Shown here one piece after another: positions 38,199 through 51,829 of a stretch of 64,000 bases of DNA (positions within the stretch are counted from its first letter, which is position 1; every line of letters starts with the position of its first letter). A model generated the notes under the pieces. It was not told where the DNA came from. It was given only the letters and a program-made list of their open reading frames with translations, and did no database searches. Position numbers and translations under genes: made by a program. The stretch is from NCBI GenBank assembly GCA_028534125.1, contig CM052818.1, forward strand, positions 41,108,001 through 41,172,000, in the 5' to 3' direction. The DNA is from Lama glama. Lineage: Eukaryota.

Positions 38199-39072
38199 GC
38201 CCAGGTCAGAAGCTTGGGAGGGAGCCTGAGGCTCAGAGCCTGAGTTTCTAGGCCGCTTTAATTTGTGGATCTTCTTGATCTCTTTCCACTCAAAGAGAGT
38301 GGAAATCCTCTAGGGAGTAATACTGTGGTAGCAAAGCTATAAGCTTTTACCAGGGCAATTACTGGACTTGCAATTGATCTAGGAGAAAGATACCAGGTGT
38401 AAAATGTGTGCTGAGGGCACAAATCAAAATTTTAACCTTGACACCATGCCTCTTTTTCCCTGGATTCAGGAAAAAAAAAATGAGTTCTTAACGTTGCTTC
38501 CTTCCCCACCCTCCATGTCTTGTAAGTCCCCCCCCACCCCCAACATCTTACAGCTTTTCTAGCACTCACTTACGGAAAAACCACCAAGAGAAATATATTC
38601 TTGAATAGAATTAACTACTTATTAATTCTAAATCATCATAATATAAAGGACATATAAAAATCAGAGAAAGGGTTAACAATTAGAATAATCAGGGTAAAAT
38701 CTACTGTTTTTGTTCTATTTTGTTTTGACTTTTACTAAATTACAACTGTTAATTCTTTCAAGGGCACACACACACACATTTTTGTGCCCCTATGGGCCTT
38801 GAGAACAGCTTTCTCATCAACAGCTCCTAACTCAAAGAAAGAGTCTTTAAAATGCCTTCTGTGTACATCTAAATAACACTAAAGTGGTCTTTTTATTTCT
38901 TTTCAACTGTTCCATAATCATTGCTTTTTTAACGTGTGCAGCTTGCATTCAACTTGTATAGGGAGCGATTTCAGATGCCTGTATATGCCATCTGCATCCC
39001 CTATGATGGTCTTTCTCCAGTTGGGTGATTTTAACTCTCCCTGATTCCTCTTTTGCCTCATTTGGCTAGAGG

Positions 39073-39245
39073 CAAGTGGTTCTCAATCTTGGTTGCACAT
39101 TAGAATCTCTGGGCAGCGGAGGGGAGTGTCTATAAAGAATACCAGTACCTAGACCCTTCTCAAAGGGTTTGTATTTAATAGGATGAAGTGGGGTTAAAGT
39201 ATCAGTATTCTTAAAATGCATCCCAAGGGGTTCGAATGTGGGCTA
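39073..39245. mobile_element. MER5-like hAT-Charlie MITE
   Basis: 'agtggttctcaatcttggttgcacattagaatc...'. Confidence 0.75.
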
Positions 39246-41129
39246 AATGGACTGTGGTGTCTTTCAGGACTATGAGTCTACAGGTCTACAAGGTCCTCAG
39301 CTCATAGCCCATCCGCGATAGATGGAAAATGTAGTAACTTTTTCTTTTCTCTTTCGCATTTAGAGGGCTCCTGCTGTTTTATCAGTCTTGCCTCTCTGCC
39401 AAAGAATTGTTTTTAATTTTTAGAGGGGACAGACCCTTTCTCACAAACACTTTATAAGTGCATTTAAATATGGAGATGCAGAATGGTTTCTGAGAAGTGT
39501 CATAACTCCAAAGACGTAGACAGTGTTTTTCTGGATATCTGCCATATTACCAGGGGATTTCCATTCCAAGGCTTGCTCATTTGTATCCTATCTTACCAAG
39601 TGGACAATTCTTACAAAGCATGTGAGATGGATTTATCTGAGTTAAAGAAACAGCAATGTGATTAATCATGCTGCTCCCTGCTGCCAGCTTTCTCTCGTCA
39701 ACAGCACAGTGATAGATCGGCTGGCAGGGATAACATTAGAAGTTAGACTGGCCTCAAATTTTCCTCAGCTCAAACAGAAGCTTTACACATCTGATGGGAG
39801 AATGAACTCAATAAGAAGAGGGAGAGGGACATGTATTTGAGACTCAGTGAAATATTGGATGATGCTTTTCTTCTATGCACTTAAACTCTACTTAGAAAAT
39901 ATTGAATAGCAACTTTACTTTCATTTCTATTTTATTAAAACAGTGACAGTTAAGGAGAGGACATTATTCTAATTAAGTAATTGAATAAAATGGCGAACAG
40001 ATGCACTCTGGCTGCTATGGACAGCCGTCCTCGTTTACAATGGTTCGCGCAACAAAAGCCATCTGGACCTTTTCTGTGTTTTTTCATCCAAATTGGTTTT
40101 TGTTTTTGAGATGTCACTCCAAGAATTTCCATACCATTAAGGCTACTGTTCCAAAAGGACAAGGACAGAATAGAGAATATTGTTCACAGGATGATCGATG
40201 AAGTCCTCACCCTAGACATTTCCTACCTGTTGGGAAGGACCAAAGGGCCTTGCTTTGCCTTTTTCTTTATTGTTAGGTCATTACGTGACCAGCATGCTGG
40301 CATGATATTAAGATGCCTTTTTATATGTATCATTCAACAAGATTTATTGTCAAAATCTAAACTACCCATATGCTTGATTGCTCAAAAGCAGAAATGGAAC
40401 AGATATTTATGTAAGGAACTATCCAGCATGAATTCTGCCACTTTTGAGGACTGCTCTGATACTGAGCTTGGAACCATCTGCTACAGAAACAGGCTCAACC
40501 TCCTTTCTGAAGGGACAAGTGTAGTGTCTAAACATTTGACCTTAAACTCTTAGGGGCTATGGAAGGTAGAATGCATCTAGTGTTTAATCACTGATCTGAT
40601 GGGTTGTGGCTTTGTTCGTTTTTCCAAGTATGAAATAAATCAGAAGGAAATTTTAAATCTCTAGCCCCAAGGCACACCACGTCCATCAGATACTTCCTTT
40701 TCCTTGGGTCAGTTTTTTTTTTTGTTTTGATGAAAACATATTTCTCTTCCCCTAGAATTTCTTTTGTACAACATATTGTACAATGAGAAGCTATTTGTGT
40801 ACTATACTTATTGTGTACTCTTCTTTGGAAGAACTACAGCCTGTTCTAATTTTGTAGTGTGTCAGGAAACCTGACACCAGGAACAGAACATCTCATACTA
40901 GACCAACCAGAGCTATGCTGAATTGTGTTATGTCTCAGAATGGACTCAAGGCTGTGTACATCAGTATTTACTCCAGATCTTTATCTGAGTGTTAGAATTT
41001 GCCAAAACCCAAACGGACTCTATGTGTGTGTGTCTGTGTCTGTGCATGGGGGATGGTGGCTGGAAGGATATTCCTCATATGATTTCTCTTAATCTCTAAG
41101 AAAGTAGAATTGTCTAAAATACTCTGAAG

Positions 41130-41655
41130 AAGTTACCTTATAAAACAAATTTAACTCCAGAAAGTGGAAGACAATTTTAGAAATCTCTTGTTAGATACAT
41201 ATAATAAAATATAAGGCAGTCTATTGTCAATCTAAGAAATAAACAGTAATAAGGGGAGACCAAATTGAAATGAAGGTAGAGATAAAAAGGGAACTGACTG
41301 AAATAAAAGAATTGGGAAAATAAAAAATGAAATATTGAAATAAAGGTCTTCATGGAAGGAAAAAAGTGAAGTGAAAGGTATTAAAAAAATCACAGATAAA
41401 TTTGAATTATTTTCTTCAAATGCAGAGAAAAGGACAAAATAAAAACATGAAAAAAAGATAATAGATATGTGGATCAGAAAGCAAATATCCAACGTTAGGA
41501 AAATAACCACATTGAAGAAGAAGATAAACAGCAATAGATTGTACACAGTAATGAATAATATATTAGATATTTAATTTTATGGAGCTGAAATGAACACTTG
41601 TTTGCAAATTGAAAAGCCTCACTATGTTCTAGGTAAAATTTAAAATAATGACTCA
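41130..41655 (+). mobile_element. Old L1/HAL1 ORF1-like fragment
   Basis: Strongly A-rich sense strand, with 'aaatatccaacgttagg' and 'attgaaaagcctcactatgttctaggtaaaat' resembling ORF1 motifs (IERAH-like). Confidence 0.55.
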
Positions 41656-41835
41656 TTTCTAACTCTGTGACTTTGAGCAAGTTTATTAACTTTTCAGTGC
41701 CTCAGTTTCCTAACAAAATAAGGATAATACGAGTGTCTGCCTTGAAGGGTTGTTAAAATTTTTAAATAAATGTTTGGGAGCATTTTGAATGGTGACTGAT
41801 GCATAGATGTCTGTATGAGTGTTTTAAATTAAATG
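41656..41835. mobile_element. MIR SINE
   Basis: 'tgtgactttgagcaagtttattaacttttcagtgcctcagtttcc'. Confidence 0.8.
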
Positions 41836-43059
41836 AATAAAAAGCATATATACACACACTTTGTTGAATCAGTAGCTCCCCATCAGGTGATTCTCGGTGC
41901 CTGGCCCTTTCTAACACGTACCGTCACTCTGGTAACTGGGCTCCTCCTCTTCTGTAACTCCATCTTGGCCCATCCTCTATGCTTTTGTTCTCTGGTTGAT
42001 ACTTCTGTCCCTCTGGGCCTCCTTTATCTTGTTGCTCACTTATAATTCCTTCTGTGGCCATGGAGTGATGTATCCCGGGGCCTGCTACTGGGATGCAGCC
42101 ATCTGCTGCCAGTCTTACTTAAAGTTCCCCCTTAATTAGACGACTCATAACACCTCTGTGAGTCTCCATCGCACTTCGTAGCAGCCATGTCCGCCTGTGC
42201 CCTGCCACACGGCCCCGCTCACACCAGCAGTCTGGTCTGGATCCTGATTTGAGCCCAGCATCTTGTGGGAGCCCAGCTTAGCCTGACGAGGACCTTGCAT
42301 GTAACTCCCTCTAGACCCATTATCCGTGAGAAGGGCATTAAGGCCAAGTAGCTTGGCCCTTAAGCAGTCTTGCCTAGGGGAGTCAGCTAGTGAGTCTCCC
42401 AGGTAATGGCCACCTTTGTGCAGCACTGTGCCCAGGTGCTAACTGGAAAGAGCTGCACGTCTCCGGGAGCGCTCTGGATGCAGGGCAGAACTGCAGTGAA
42501 TATTTACATGGCCCATCCATTTGTTTAACTAATTTCTTCATGCAAAGGTGATCAATATAAGTTAGAGGCTAACACCAAGGACTAAATGTTATGTAAAATT
42601 TGACTTTTGCAATATTGCATTGCTTTCAGCTCTTTAATTAGCTTATTTTAGAATCCAAAAGAAAATCGTTAGCAATATGGGGATTGTAAGACATACTATT
42701 TACGGCCAGTGTTTAATAATGCCTAACCTTAAAACAGGTGATTCTGCTGTATATTTTCCCCAGAAAGCTGGACAGGAGTTCATGGTTAACACTGAGTAAA
42801 AAAAATGTTTAGAAGAATCATGAGAAATATTGCTGGAAAAATCATGGTTTACCCTGTGCAGAGTTCAGCAATGATTTAACTGTGGAAAGCTTTAGCCCAG
42901 AGTAAGTTGATGAAAGTGTTTTTTGGACTTGCGGAGCTTGGGGTGTGTGTGTCTTTAATCCAATATATATTTTGGACAGTAGTTCTGTATAAGTGCAACG
43001 ACATTTGAATCTTAATAAAATAAAGCACAGAATAATGCTACACCAATGCAGTTCCTGAC

Positions 43060-43270
43060 GCTGTAGAAGGAATATGTGCTTTGAAATCAGAAGATTTGGG
43101 TTTAAAGCTCAGGTATGCTTACTTGCTATATGACCTTGAGCAAGTTGCTTAACTGGGATATGCCAGAGATTCTTCAATTATAAAATTAGCATATCTCACA
43201 AGCTTTAGGGAGGATTCATTGTAAACATATACTTATATGCCAAATATGTGCCTGGACTTGGTGGATTCTC
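43060..43270. mobile_element. MIR SINE
   Basis: 'gctttgaaatcagaagatttgggtttaaa...tgaccttgagcaagttgcttaac'. Confidence 0.75.
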
Positions 43271-45186
43271 AAGAAGGGCTAGCCCCTTTCTTTTTTGGAG
43301 AGTGGGAGTGCAGAGGGTATAGGTTAAGAGAGTGGCTCCTGATGGAAATCCCATCTCCGAAGGTCAACAGTACCAAAGGACCATCCCGCTGGCAGCCGTA
43401 ACATTTAAATAAGAATTGTGAAAATTAAGGCATGCGTCTTTTGAACATCAGAAAGTACAAGCATCCAAAATAGCCTTGAAAAATTCTGAGACCAGCTCCT
43501 ATCTCTGAAGGATTCTGCCTTCCTCCAAGGAGACTTCCCTAACTACCCCAGTACTGGAATCTTTTCTTCCCTCTGAAACTGTGGCTCTTGGGATCCCTTT
43601 ATGTAGCCCTTGAAAGCTCTTGCACTGCTTTTAAAGTATATGTGTGTGACTTGGCCATTTAACTTGCTTGAAAGCTGCTGGCCGTCTGGGACCACGTGCT
43701 CTGTTCTCTCTAAGGCCTCTAGCAGGAGAAGAGCTGAGGAAGAAGGGAAAGGCAAGAGCCAGCTGCCTGGCTGTCTGAGACTCAGGAGAGAGGACTGTGC
43801 CCCTTTGGAATGTTTCCCAGGCCAGCACCAGTTGTTCTAGTTTGCATTACACATCTTAGATTCATGGACACGTACTGAACCTCTGTATCTCCCTCCCCCC
43901 AACAAAATCTCTTGTTCATTTGTTTTATTTTTGTTTTTGTTTCCCTTAACATCAAATGACTTTCCCATTCTATAGGGAAATGTCCATTCCATGAAAAGCT
44001 GACTTTTCATTTGTACATATTTTTGTATATCAACTGTTCTACCAAAACGTACAAGTCATTATTGCTGCAATGCATTAGCTCTGTGCTCCATCTGCTCCTT
44101 ACTGGGTGAGGGGCCTTGACAGTTCCTTTTTAACAAAGGAGTGAAATAACATAAGAGGCATTGTAGTGAATGAAGGTATAAAAACACTCAGGATGATGCT
44201 TGGCACATCGTAAGCACAAAATAGCTTCCTGGAGAAGGTGTTCATCAGGTGGCTCGGGGCTGAGAGGTGTTCATGGAAGGGTGATAGGGAGAACATTCAG
44301 GGAAAGAACGCCGTGAAGTGTGAATGCCAGGGTGTACGTAAGACATTACATATAGTTTCTTATGGCTGGAGTGGAGTGTGCCTGAGGACAGAGAGATGAA
44401 GCATGAAAGTTGATACTCGGGGAGCAGAGAGTGGCCTAGTCACAGATGAAAATCACACTACAGGGTTTGGCCTGCATTGTGAAAGGGCTAAGAAGCCACT
44501 GAACAATATTATTTAGGGCACTGGTGTAGCCATTCTTGGTCCCACAAAGGTCGCTATAGCATAGTCTTCCTCTCCTCACTCCTGCCCTAGGGTTTTAGAC
44601 TTAATTATCTCAAATGTTCCCACATTTTCATATCTCATGCATTTGAGTTCATCTCTACAGATTTATAGAAAGCTTTACTATAAATTATAATATTAAATTT
44701 GCTTGTACTTTTAAAGTGAAGCCATGTGTTACTAAGGACATTTTGTGAGAGGAGGCAGTTGGGCTATACTCCAGAATCATGAAGAGTATGCATTCATTCT
44801 ATTTGGCTGTCTGGTGCATCATTGGAAGAGTTAGAGAAACACTGCTTTAGGCCTCAGAGAACGACTCAAGATTCTAGAGCAGGAGATTGGCATGATCTGC
44901 AGTAAGGAAACCTTTTAGCATTGAAGAAGCATCCATCTTCTCAGGAATAAAAATATTATGAGAGAACAATTCTAGACAATGGCTAATTTCATGCCATATT
45001 AAAAGGTACAGAAATAAATGCTATCAGAGCTCCAAAGAGGGAGAAGTCTGTGTGTCCTGGAAGGACTGGAGAGGCTTGCTCACAGAAGCTAGGATATGAA
45101 CTTGAAAGGACAGGAGGATTTGAGAGGACAAAAGGGGAGGAAGAAGAGAACAGAGAATATGCAACATGGTGCCAAGTACAGGCAAA

Positions 45187-45216
45187 TGTGTGTGTGTGTG
45201 TGTATGTGTGTGTGTG
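45187..45216. repeat. Interrupted (TG)n microsatellite
   Basis: Directly visible, with one TA interruption. Confidence 0.9.
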
Positions 45217-46809
45217 TTTGTGTTTGTCAGGGGAATTTCAGTAAGAAGATTGGAATCAACTTGACTTCAGAAGCTGACTTAGGAAGAGCATCTTTCTTCA
45301 TTACATTAAAATGTGTTTAAAGGGTGGATGAAGAGGAAGAGAAAAGGGAGCTAGAGATACCAAGTTTCAGAGAGGAGAAAGAAGGAAAGGAAGAGAGACA
45401 GAGGGACGGGCATAGACAGAGAGGGGAGAAGGAGAAAGGAGAGAAGGGGAGAACCAAGGTTGGAGGAAATAACGTTTTTCGTCTTCAGTTCTTCATATCT
45501 GGGTTTAGCCAGTGAGAGCTCTTCTCTAAAAAGGGGTGAGAAATGGAGTTTTATATTGAGAGGTAGGAGCAATTGGGGTAAACAGCAATATCCAGCAAAG
45601 CCACATAAAATGGAAGATTTTCAGCCAGACCTATGAGCTCGTTCAGTGGAGTGTGAAGTGTGCTTTGAGGGAAAGATAAAAATGAAGTATTAAACTTCCC
45701 ACCAGTGTTTGCGGTATTTTCATTTGGGCTTTATTTTCAAAGCACACAGAGAATTCAGTTTTCTCAATTTATCATTCCTACTCAGGCTTCTCATGTGTGC
45801 ATTGTATTTTGACAAAGTACTAGAAACTGCAGTGGCAGGTTTAATAGAAAGACAGAGGCGGTCAAAACTTTCTGCAGGTTGAGCAGAAGTGATAGGCAGG
45901 GAGGCAAAGGTGGAGTGTCTCCCCACAAGGAGGAAGCTCTGTCCCTGCAGGCTGGCTGACGCCTGCCAGTCCTGCAAGGCTGAGTGCCACCAGCAGCTAT
46001 TCTAGAACTCGTTTCCAGCCCCCCCACCCCAGGTGGGGCAAAGGGCAGCTCCTCCCGTGACATTTTGCACAGCCCTCCTAACACTAGTGAATTTCCAATT
46101 GTGTGAACGTTTTCTCCACTGGAATTATGAGTTCTTTGAGTCAGGGGCAGCCTTCACTCATCTTTGGAATACCTAGCACAGGGGATACTCAATAAACATA
46201 CACAGAAAGGAATTTCTTCAGAGGGAGTTCAGGAAGTCGAAACTGGTTTCTACACAGGGCTTGGATTTTCTATCCCTTTCCTAAGTGGTCCCCCGGAAGT
46301 GATCCTGTCCGTACCCACAGGCTGTGGGCTCTGTTACTGCCTCTATTTCAGAATCAGCCGTGAGGGGGAACTCAGGATAATGCCCAGCTTCTAGCTTGTG
46401 AGGGCTACTTCCCACCCCTGGGAGAACCAGCATACTCATTCTGGCTCTGTGACCTGAAAGCTCATTTCTCTCTCTCTCTGGCTCAGTTTCCTGATTTATA
46501 AAGTGAGCAGCATTCTGAAAAAGGTTTATTATGGGGATTGAATGGAGAATCCATGCTCCCATACCTGTAAATAGAAAGTGCTCCGCACACTTCCTTCTAT
46601 CGTGCTCCTTCAAATTGCTCCCGCGGCTCACAAACTAGATCTCATTTCTTCTCATTGGAGTCGACAGTTTCTCAGTTAGGAAAAATATGGATACCATTGC
46701 CCTTGACAGGCAGTTAAACTTCCATCTCAGTTTCTTCTTATATCAACAATCAAAACCTGTTCCGTGTGTTCCTTTCATCTGAAGTTATCTCCTGGATTGG
46801 ATGAGAGCA

Positions 46810-47360
46810 AGAGTTCTTATTATTTTTTGCTGCATAACAAAATCCCTGAAACTTAGTGACTTAATGAAAACATCTACTTTGGCTCATAACGCTGTGGGTT
46901 GGGAATTCAGGAAAGCTTGCTTCTGGCTTTTTGTCTCTGATTTACGAGGTTTTACCTGGGGTGACTCAGGCTGGAGGATCCACGTCAAAGGTGGCTTCTC
47001 CACTCATACCTCTGGCATCTCAGTGTTCTGTAGCATCTCTTTCTCCACCTGGCATCTTCAGGTTGCCTCCAGGTGGCATGAGTTTTTTGCAGCCTGATAG
47101 TCTCAGGGAAGTCAAAATGTTTATATGAAAACTTACTTCATTTAACGTGAGCATTTCAAGAGTGATTGTTCCAAGAGACCAAGGCAAAGCTTTCAAGGCT
47201 TTATATGAACTGGCTTCAGAAGTCACAGAATGTCATTTCTAGTACATTCTGTTATACCAAGACAAAGCCAGCTAAAATTCACTCTGAGAGGGGACTACAA
47301 AGGAAGTGAATATGGGGTGGTGTGGTTCAATGGGGAGTCATCTTGAAGACCAGCTGTCAT
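46810..47360 (-). mobile_element. MaLR LTR (MLT1F/G/H-like)
   Basis: 'ttgctgcataacaaaatccctgaaacttagtgactta...tggcttcagaagtcacagaatgtcatttct...gggagtcatcttgaagaccagctg'. Confidence 0.8.
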
Positions 47361-49589
47361 GTATCATAGCAATTGACTGAGCATGATGCTCTTTAAAAAA
47401 AAAAACTCCGTATTTATTGATATTTTCCAAGTTAAGTTCTCAGTGCTCACTGACCCTGGTAAATACCATGTGAAGAGAGCACGTGGGGCTCTTTGGTATT
47501 ATGGACGTGGAGAATATGGATGGTCAACTACCTCCTTTTCCCAGTGTGTGTCGGGGTCTCATCTCAGCTTTAAGTGGGGTGACTGTGTATGAGCATACTC
47601 CCTGTGAGCATGGTATGTGCAGTGAACTTGCATGAAACCAGGAAATCCAGGATGGAAAAGAATAATGGAATAGATGTGTTGCACGGCATTTTTCTGGGAC
47701 CTCTTAAGAGACTGGAAATAATTTGGGGCCTGAAATGGCCGTTAATTTACATGAATCAAGGAAAACCAGGGGACAGGGAGTGGGATTGATAGCATAGAGT
47801 AGGAAAAGAACAGGAAGAATTGTATTAAAGTGGTAATCAGAAATGGCCATACATTGCAACTGGCTGGAGATGTAGACAAGTAATTCTACACTTCATGGCA
47901 GCACTTCCAATGATTCTATTCTAACTATTGCTGCTAAGAAATATTTATCAGCTCTTAATTTATAAATGGAGATAAATCTTACTTGTCAGAGGTGTCAGGT
48001 TATCATCTGGTCTACACTAATTGAATTTCTCATAGACCAGTACGAACCTTGACTCTCTACAAAGCTATTCTTGCCTGTGCCATTGCTCATCGATACACAT
48101 GTTTGGAGTTGTCTTGACCCCAAAGCTTGGTATCCTACGTAATTTTATATAATTAACTTAGATTAACTTACCATATTATGTCTTGAGGCTTTTGATCAAG
48201 TATTTCTCTTGCACCATACTTCCCCCACCCTGTACCCCTGCTCAGTATGCACAACGTGCACACATACACGCACACACACAGTCACTGATAAATACTCTCT
48301 TCTCTCCAGCACAGGCTAAATCCATAGGAAACACTTAATAAACACTGAATGAAAGAATTGGGTTCCTATATATTCAAATCTTTACTGCAGAAGGAATCGA
48401 TAGCCATTACTATTTCATTTACAATGCCAATCTGACTTTGGTGTTATCACCAGGGAGATCTTGTCCTGTTTGCTACCAGCTCTGTTGGTGGTTATAGCTT
48501 CTCTTAGATTAACATTTCCCAGAATGATTTCTTCAAAGTATAACTCTGAGATGTCATACATGCTGTATGCACCGTGGGGGAGATCTGCAATTCATATTAG
48601 CACATTAACTGCTGTGAGAAGACCAGCAGCAAAGGAAACCATTTGTTAACGGAATATTTTCCATATTTATTTGACCAGAGAGCACCTTTGAAAGAAAAGA
48701 TAGCAGCACCTATTTTTTTATGGCACTGGTATTCTCTGGAATATATTTTGGCAGACAATGTCCTAAATATCCCAGTTTTTATTCTTTGTCTTCCTTGGTC
48801 TTCTGCTTCCATTGTACTAGCTGTCTCCTCTTGCCTCAGACCCAGGGCTTAACTTCTTGCTTCTGAGTAGGTAGAAACTTGAATTCCAGGGAAAGATAAC
48901 TCTGTGGGCTAACTTAGCATTGTTTGCGACTGAAAGGGACATTGAAAGAGTCATCCCCAGTCGTTCATTTTAGAACTGAGGAAATAGGTGCACGTGAAAA
49001 GGGGTCCACTGAACTGTTAATCTCAGAACTGGGACTAACATCCAGGTCTCTCAGTTCCAAGGCAAGACTATATCTCCCTTTTATTTTCCCTCTATTCACA
49101 TGGAAGAACTTTCATAGGGAGTCGGCATTTGGGCCCTGCTGACTTCGTTGAAAATAGAGAGGCCCAAAAGCCAGTAGGAGGGGTTATGATTTCCGCAGGA
49201 TGTAATTAGTGATTTTGAGGAGTTCAGTGCATGTCCCTGGAAATAGAGCAGATTGGCAATTGGAGCCTACACTTTCGGCAGAGGATGAATTCTGCCTCTG
49301 AAACTCAGAAGAATATAGCATATTAGCTGCCCCACCTCTCACCTTGAGATAAAGATTTCTAGCTCCCATGGGCTGGGCAAAGCAGGGAGGGAATAACTTG
49401 ATTTTCAGATAAAGACATTGCTTGAAAACCTTCCCAGGAGATTTGATTTGTGGGAGCATAACCCAGTGGTAAATGGCAGTGTGGGGAGTAGCTAAACATG
49501 GCCCCCAAGGCCTAGATCAAATTCCCAAGGGCTGTGGAAACCTCAGAGGAATGAGTTTTGGAAAACAGCCTTTACTCATGAGGCCAGGC

Positions 49590-49780
49590 TATAATTATTA
49601 CTATATGCCTCGCACTGTTCTAGGCAACTTGCTTACCAGATGATAACAACCCTGTGTGGAAAGTTGAGACTGCAAGAGACAAAGTCACTTTCCTAAGGCC
49701 ACACAGTGGTAGGTGACAGATCCAGGGTTCAAACCCAGGTCTGCCTGGCTCTCAAGTCTGTATCTTTTGACCGCGCTACG
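49590..49780. mobile_element. MIR SINE
   Basis: 'aagtcactttcctaaggccacacag...gggttcaaacccaggtctgcctggctc'. Confidence 0.8.
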
Positions 49781-50819
49781 TAATCTCTGAAGGCAGTGTG
49801 AATTTCCCTCTTGGATTTTCTTTTGCCCAGTTAAATTGATATCATGATGTTGTCTTTTCTTGATTTATTGGACTATTTGACTTAGAGGGAGATAGTAGTG
49901 TCCTGGAGCCTGGAAATTTCTCTGCCCATCATGGTAAGCAGCTCTGAAAATGTCCTCATGATCACCTCCAAGAGGCAGCCAAGCAGGCTATGGGAGCGGC
50001 AGGCATGGGTAAATATCATTTATTCCCGTGAACGCTGAAGGAAATATTTACATTTCTCTTTATAAAATATTTACTGGGCTCTTATGTAATTTGTTGATAA
50101 CAAACAGATTTCAGTTAACTTTGAGGTGATGAGCAATTCCGTTAAACAGATGGGACGAAGAACAAAATCCCGATTAGACAAATGTTTTCTATAGAACAGT
50201 GCTTACATCATGTTAAGTTTGCTATTGAGAGAACGATTCCAAACAGAGAATTGGACCCAAGGTGAAAACAGCTATAGATTCTTTAATTTTTTTCCCCTTT
50301 CTTTTTCCTGCAGGATAGTTTCTCTTAAATTCCCCATCAAGGACTTGCATTAACTATAAGCCCCACTGTCCATTTATTGAAGATGGTGTCAGTGCTAAAG
50401 ACCCTGCCCTGTTCCATTTGCTTTTCCGCATACATCCAGCCCAAATACACACAGCGTTTTATTATTGAATCCTCTGCAGCAAATTGTTTCCCTTTGCTCC
50501 TCAAGCTTCACTGGCTGATCTCCAATTCAGAATTTCTGAAGACTTGATATTGCATTTTTTTCTCTGCAGTGAGCAGCGTGGTGATTTTTCTAAAAGATAA
50601 TGATTCCCAGGCAGCAGCAGTGGCAGCAGCCGCAGCATCCTCCTGCCGGTCTGCGCCTGCAGCACACCAGGCATGCCTCTGGCAGACCAGGGTTACATAA
50701 CCACCGCAGTGGGTACCAGCAGCGCTGAGGCTCTCTCCCTGTGACAGTCTGTCAGGGTTGCTGTCAACTGCAGAATTCACTTCCTTAGTGGTTTCCCACT
50801 TTCTCTTTCACTTCCTTGA

Positions 50820-51030
50820 AAAGAGCAGTGGAAGATAGCAATTGGAATTGAGGTTCTGTCTGGTACAAGCTGTGTGACCTTGAGGATGTAACTGACACTT
50901 GCTAGTGGCAGCTTGCTTGTCTGTAAAGGCAGGGCTGCCGTGAGTGGGTGAGGAGGGTGGGTAAGCTAAGACGTCTAGTGCAATACCTGGCACCTGGCAG
51001 ATGCTCAACAAATGGGGCTATCATTTTTAT
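50820..51030. mobile_element. MIR SINE
   Basis: 'agctgtgtgaccttgagg...cctggcacctggcagatgctcaacaaatg'. Confidence 0.7.
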
Positions 51031-51570
51031 TAGTATCTAGTAGGATGGGCTGGACTTTGTACGACTTTGGACTAAGATAGTTTCCTTTTAGCTTTGCTGC
51101 TTAAGGCAGCCTTTGTCCTGCAGACTTGACCCCCAGAGAAGTGGCAGAAAGAGCCCCAAGCAAGGTGATCCTGGGTTCATGCCCTTTTGCTATTGCTGGG
51201 GAGAGGGAATTTTCCCCTTTCCTCTTAGTCCTTTTGACAAGTTGGATATTTAAAATGACAAAAGACAGATTAACAGGAGGGGAAAACCCTAAACTTAATT
51301 ATGTACATACAGGGAATCTGCATAAACAAGAGAGACTCTAAAGACAGTCAGGCAGAATGAGGTATATATGTCCTTCTGGACTAAGGAGAGCAGGTTAGGG
51401 GTCTGGAATTCAAAGAGAAAGAAGGCAATTCACAAGAAGAATAAAAAGACTAAATATTTGGTAAACAAATATTCACAGAATCATCCAGAAACAATGGGAC
51501 ATTGAGCAGACTTTGATCAAACAGGCTCTGCTGTGTTCCTCCCTATCTACCACACCAAATTCATATCCTA

Positions 51571-51726
51571 CAGTTGCCCCTCAGTAGCCATGGGGAGTGG
51601 TTTTAGGATCCCTGCAGACAACAATATCCATGGATGCTCAAGTGCTTTATATAAAACGGTACAGAAATTCAATCCAGGGTTGGTTGTCCCTAAGGATGCA
51701 GAACCAGGGATGGGGAGGGCTGACTG
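51571..51726. mobile_element. Short MER2/Tigger2-type TcMar MITE
   Basis: TA TSDs at 51569-70 and 51727-28, TIRs 'cagttgcccctc' and 'gagggctgactg', and internal 'atccatggatgctcaagtgctttatataaaa' like MER2. Confidence 0.9.
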
Positions 51727-51755
51727 TACTGTAGTTATCCATGGTGATAGTTCCC

Positions 51756-51764
51756 TTCCGGGAA
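51756..51764. promoter_or_regulatory. Perfect GAS (STAT) motif TTCCGGGAA inside the outer LTR
   Basis: Exact match to the TTCNNNGAA consensus in its high-affinity form. Function untested. Confidence 0.4.
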
Positions 51765-51829
51765 CAGGTTCTCTATATATATTCTTTTAGGCATTAGAAG
51801 GAATGTCAAAAGTTCTTCCTGAATCTTTT

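Noticed and set aside
37990..38243. PolyQ-PP and polyA ORFs reminiscent of HTT exon 1 or a transcription factor
   Set aside because: Flanking residues match no protein I recognise; there is no CpG island and no convincing splice signal.
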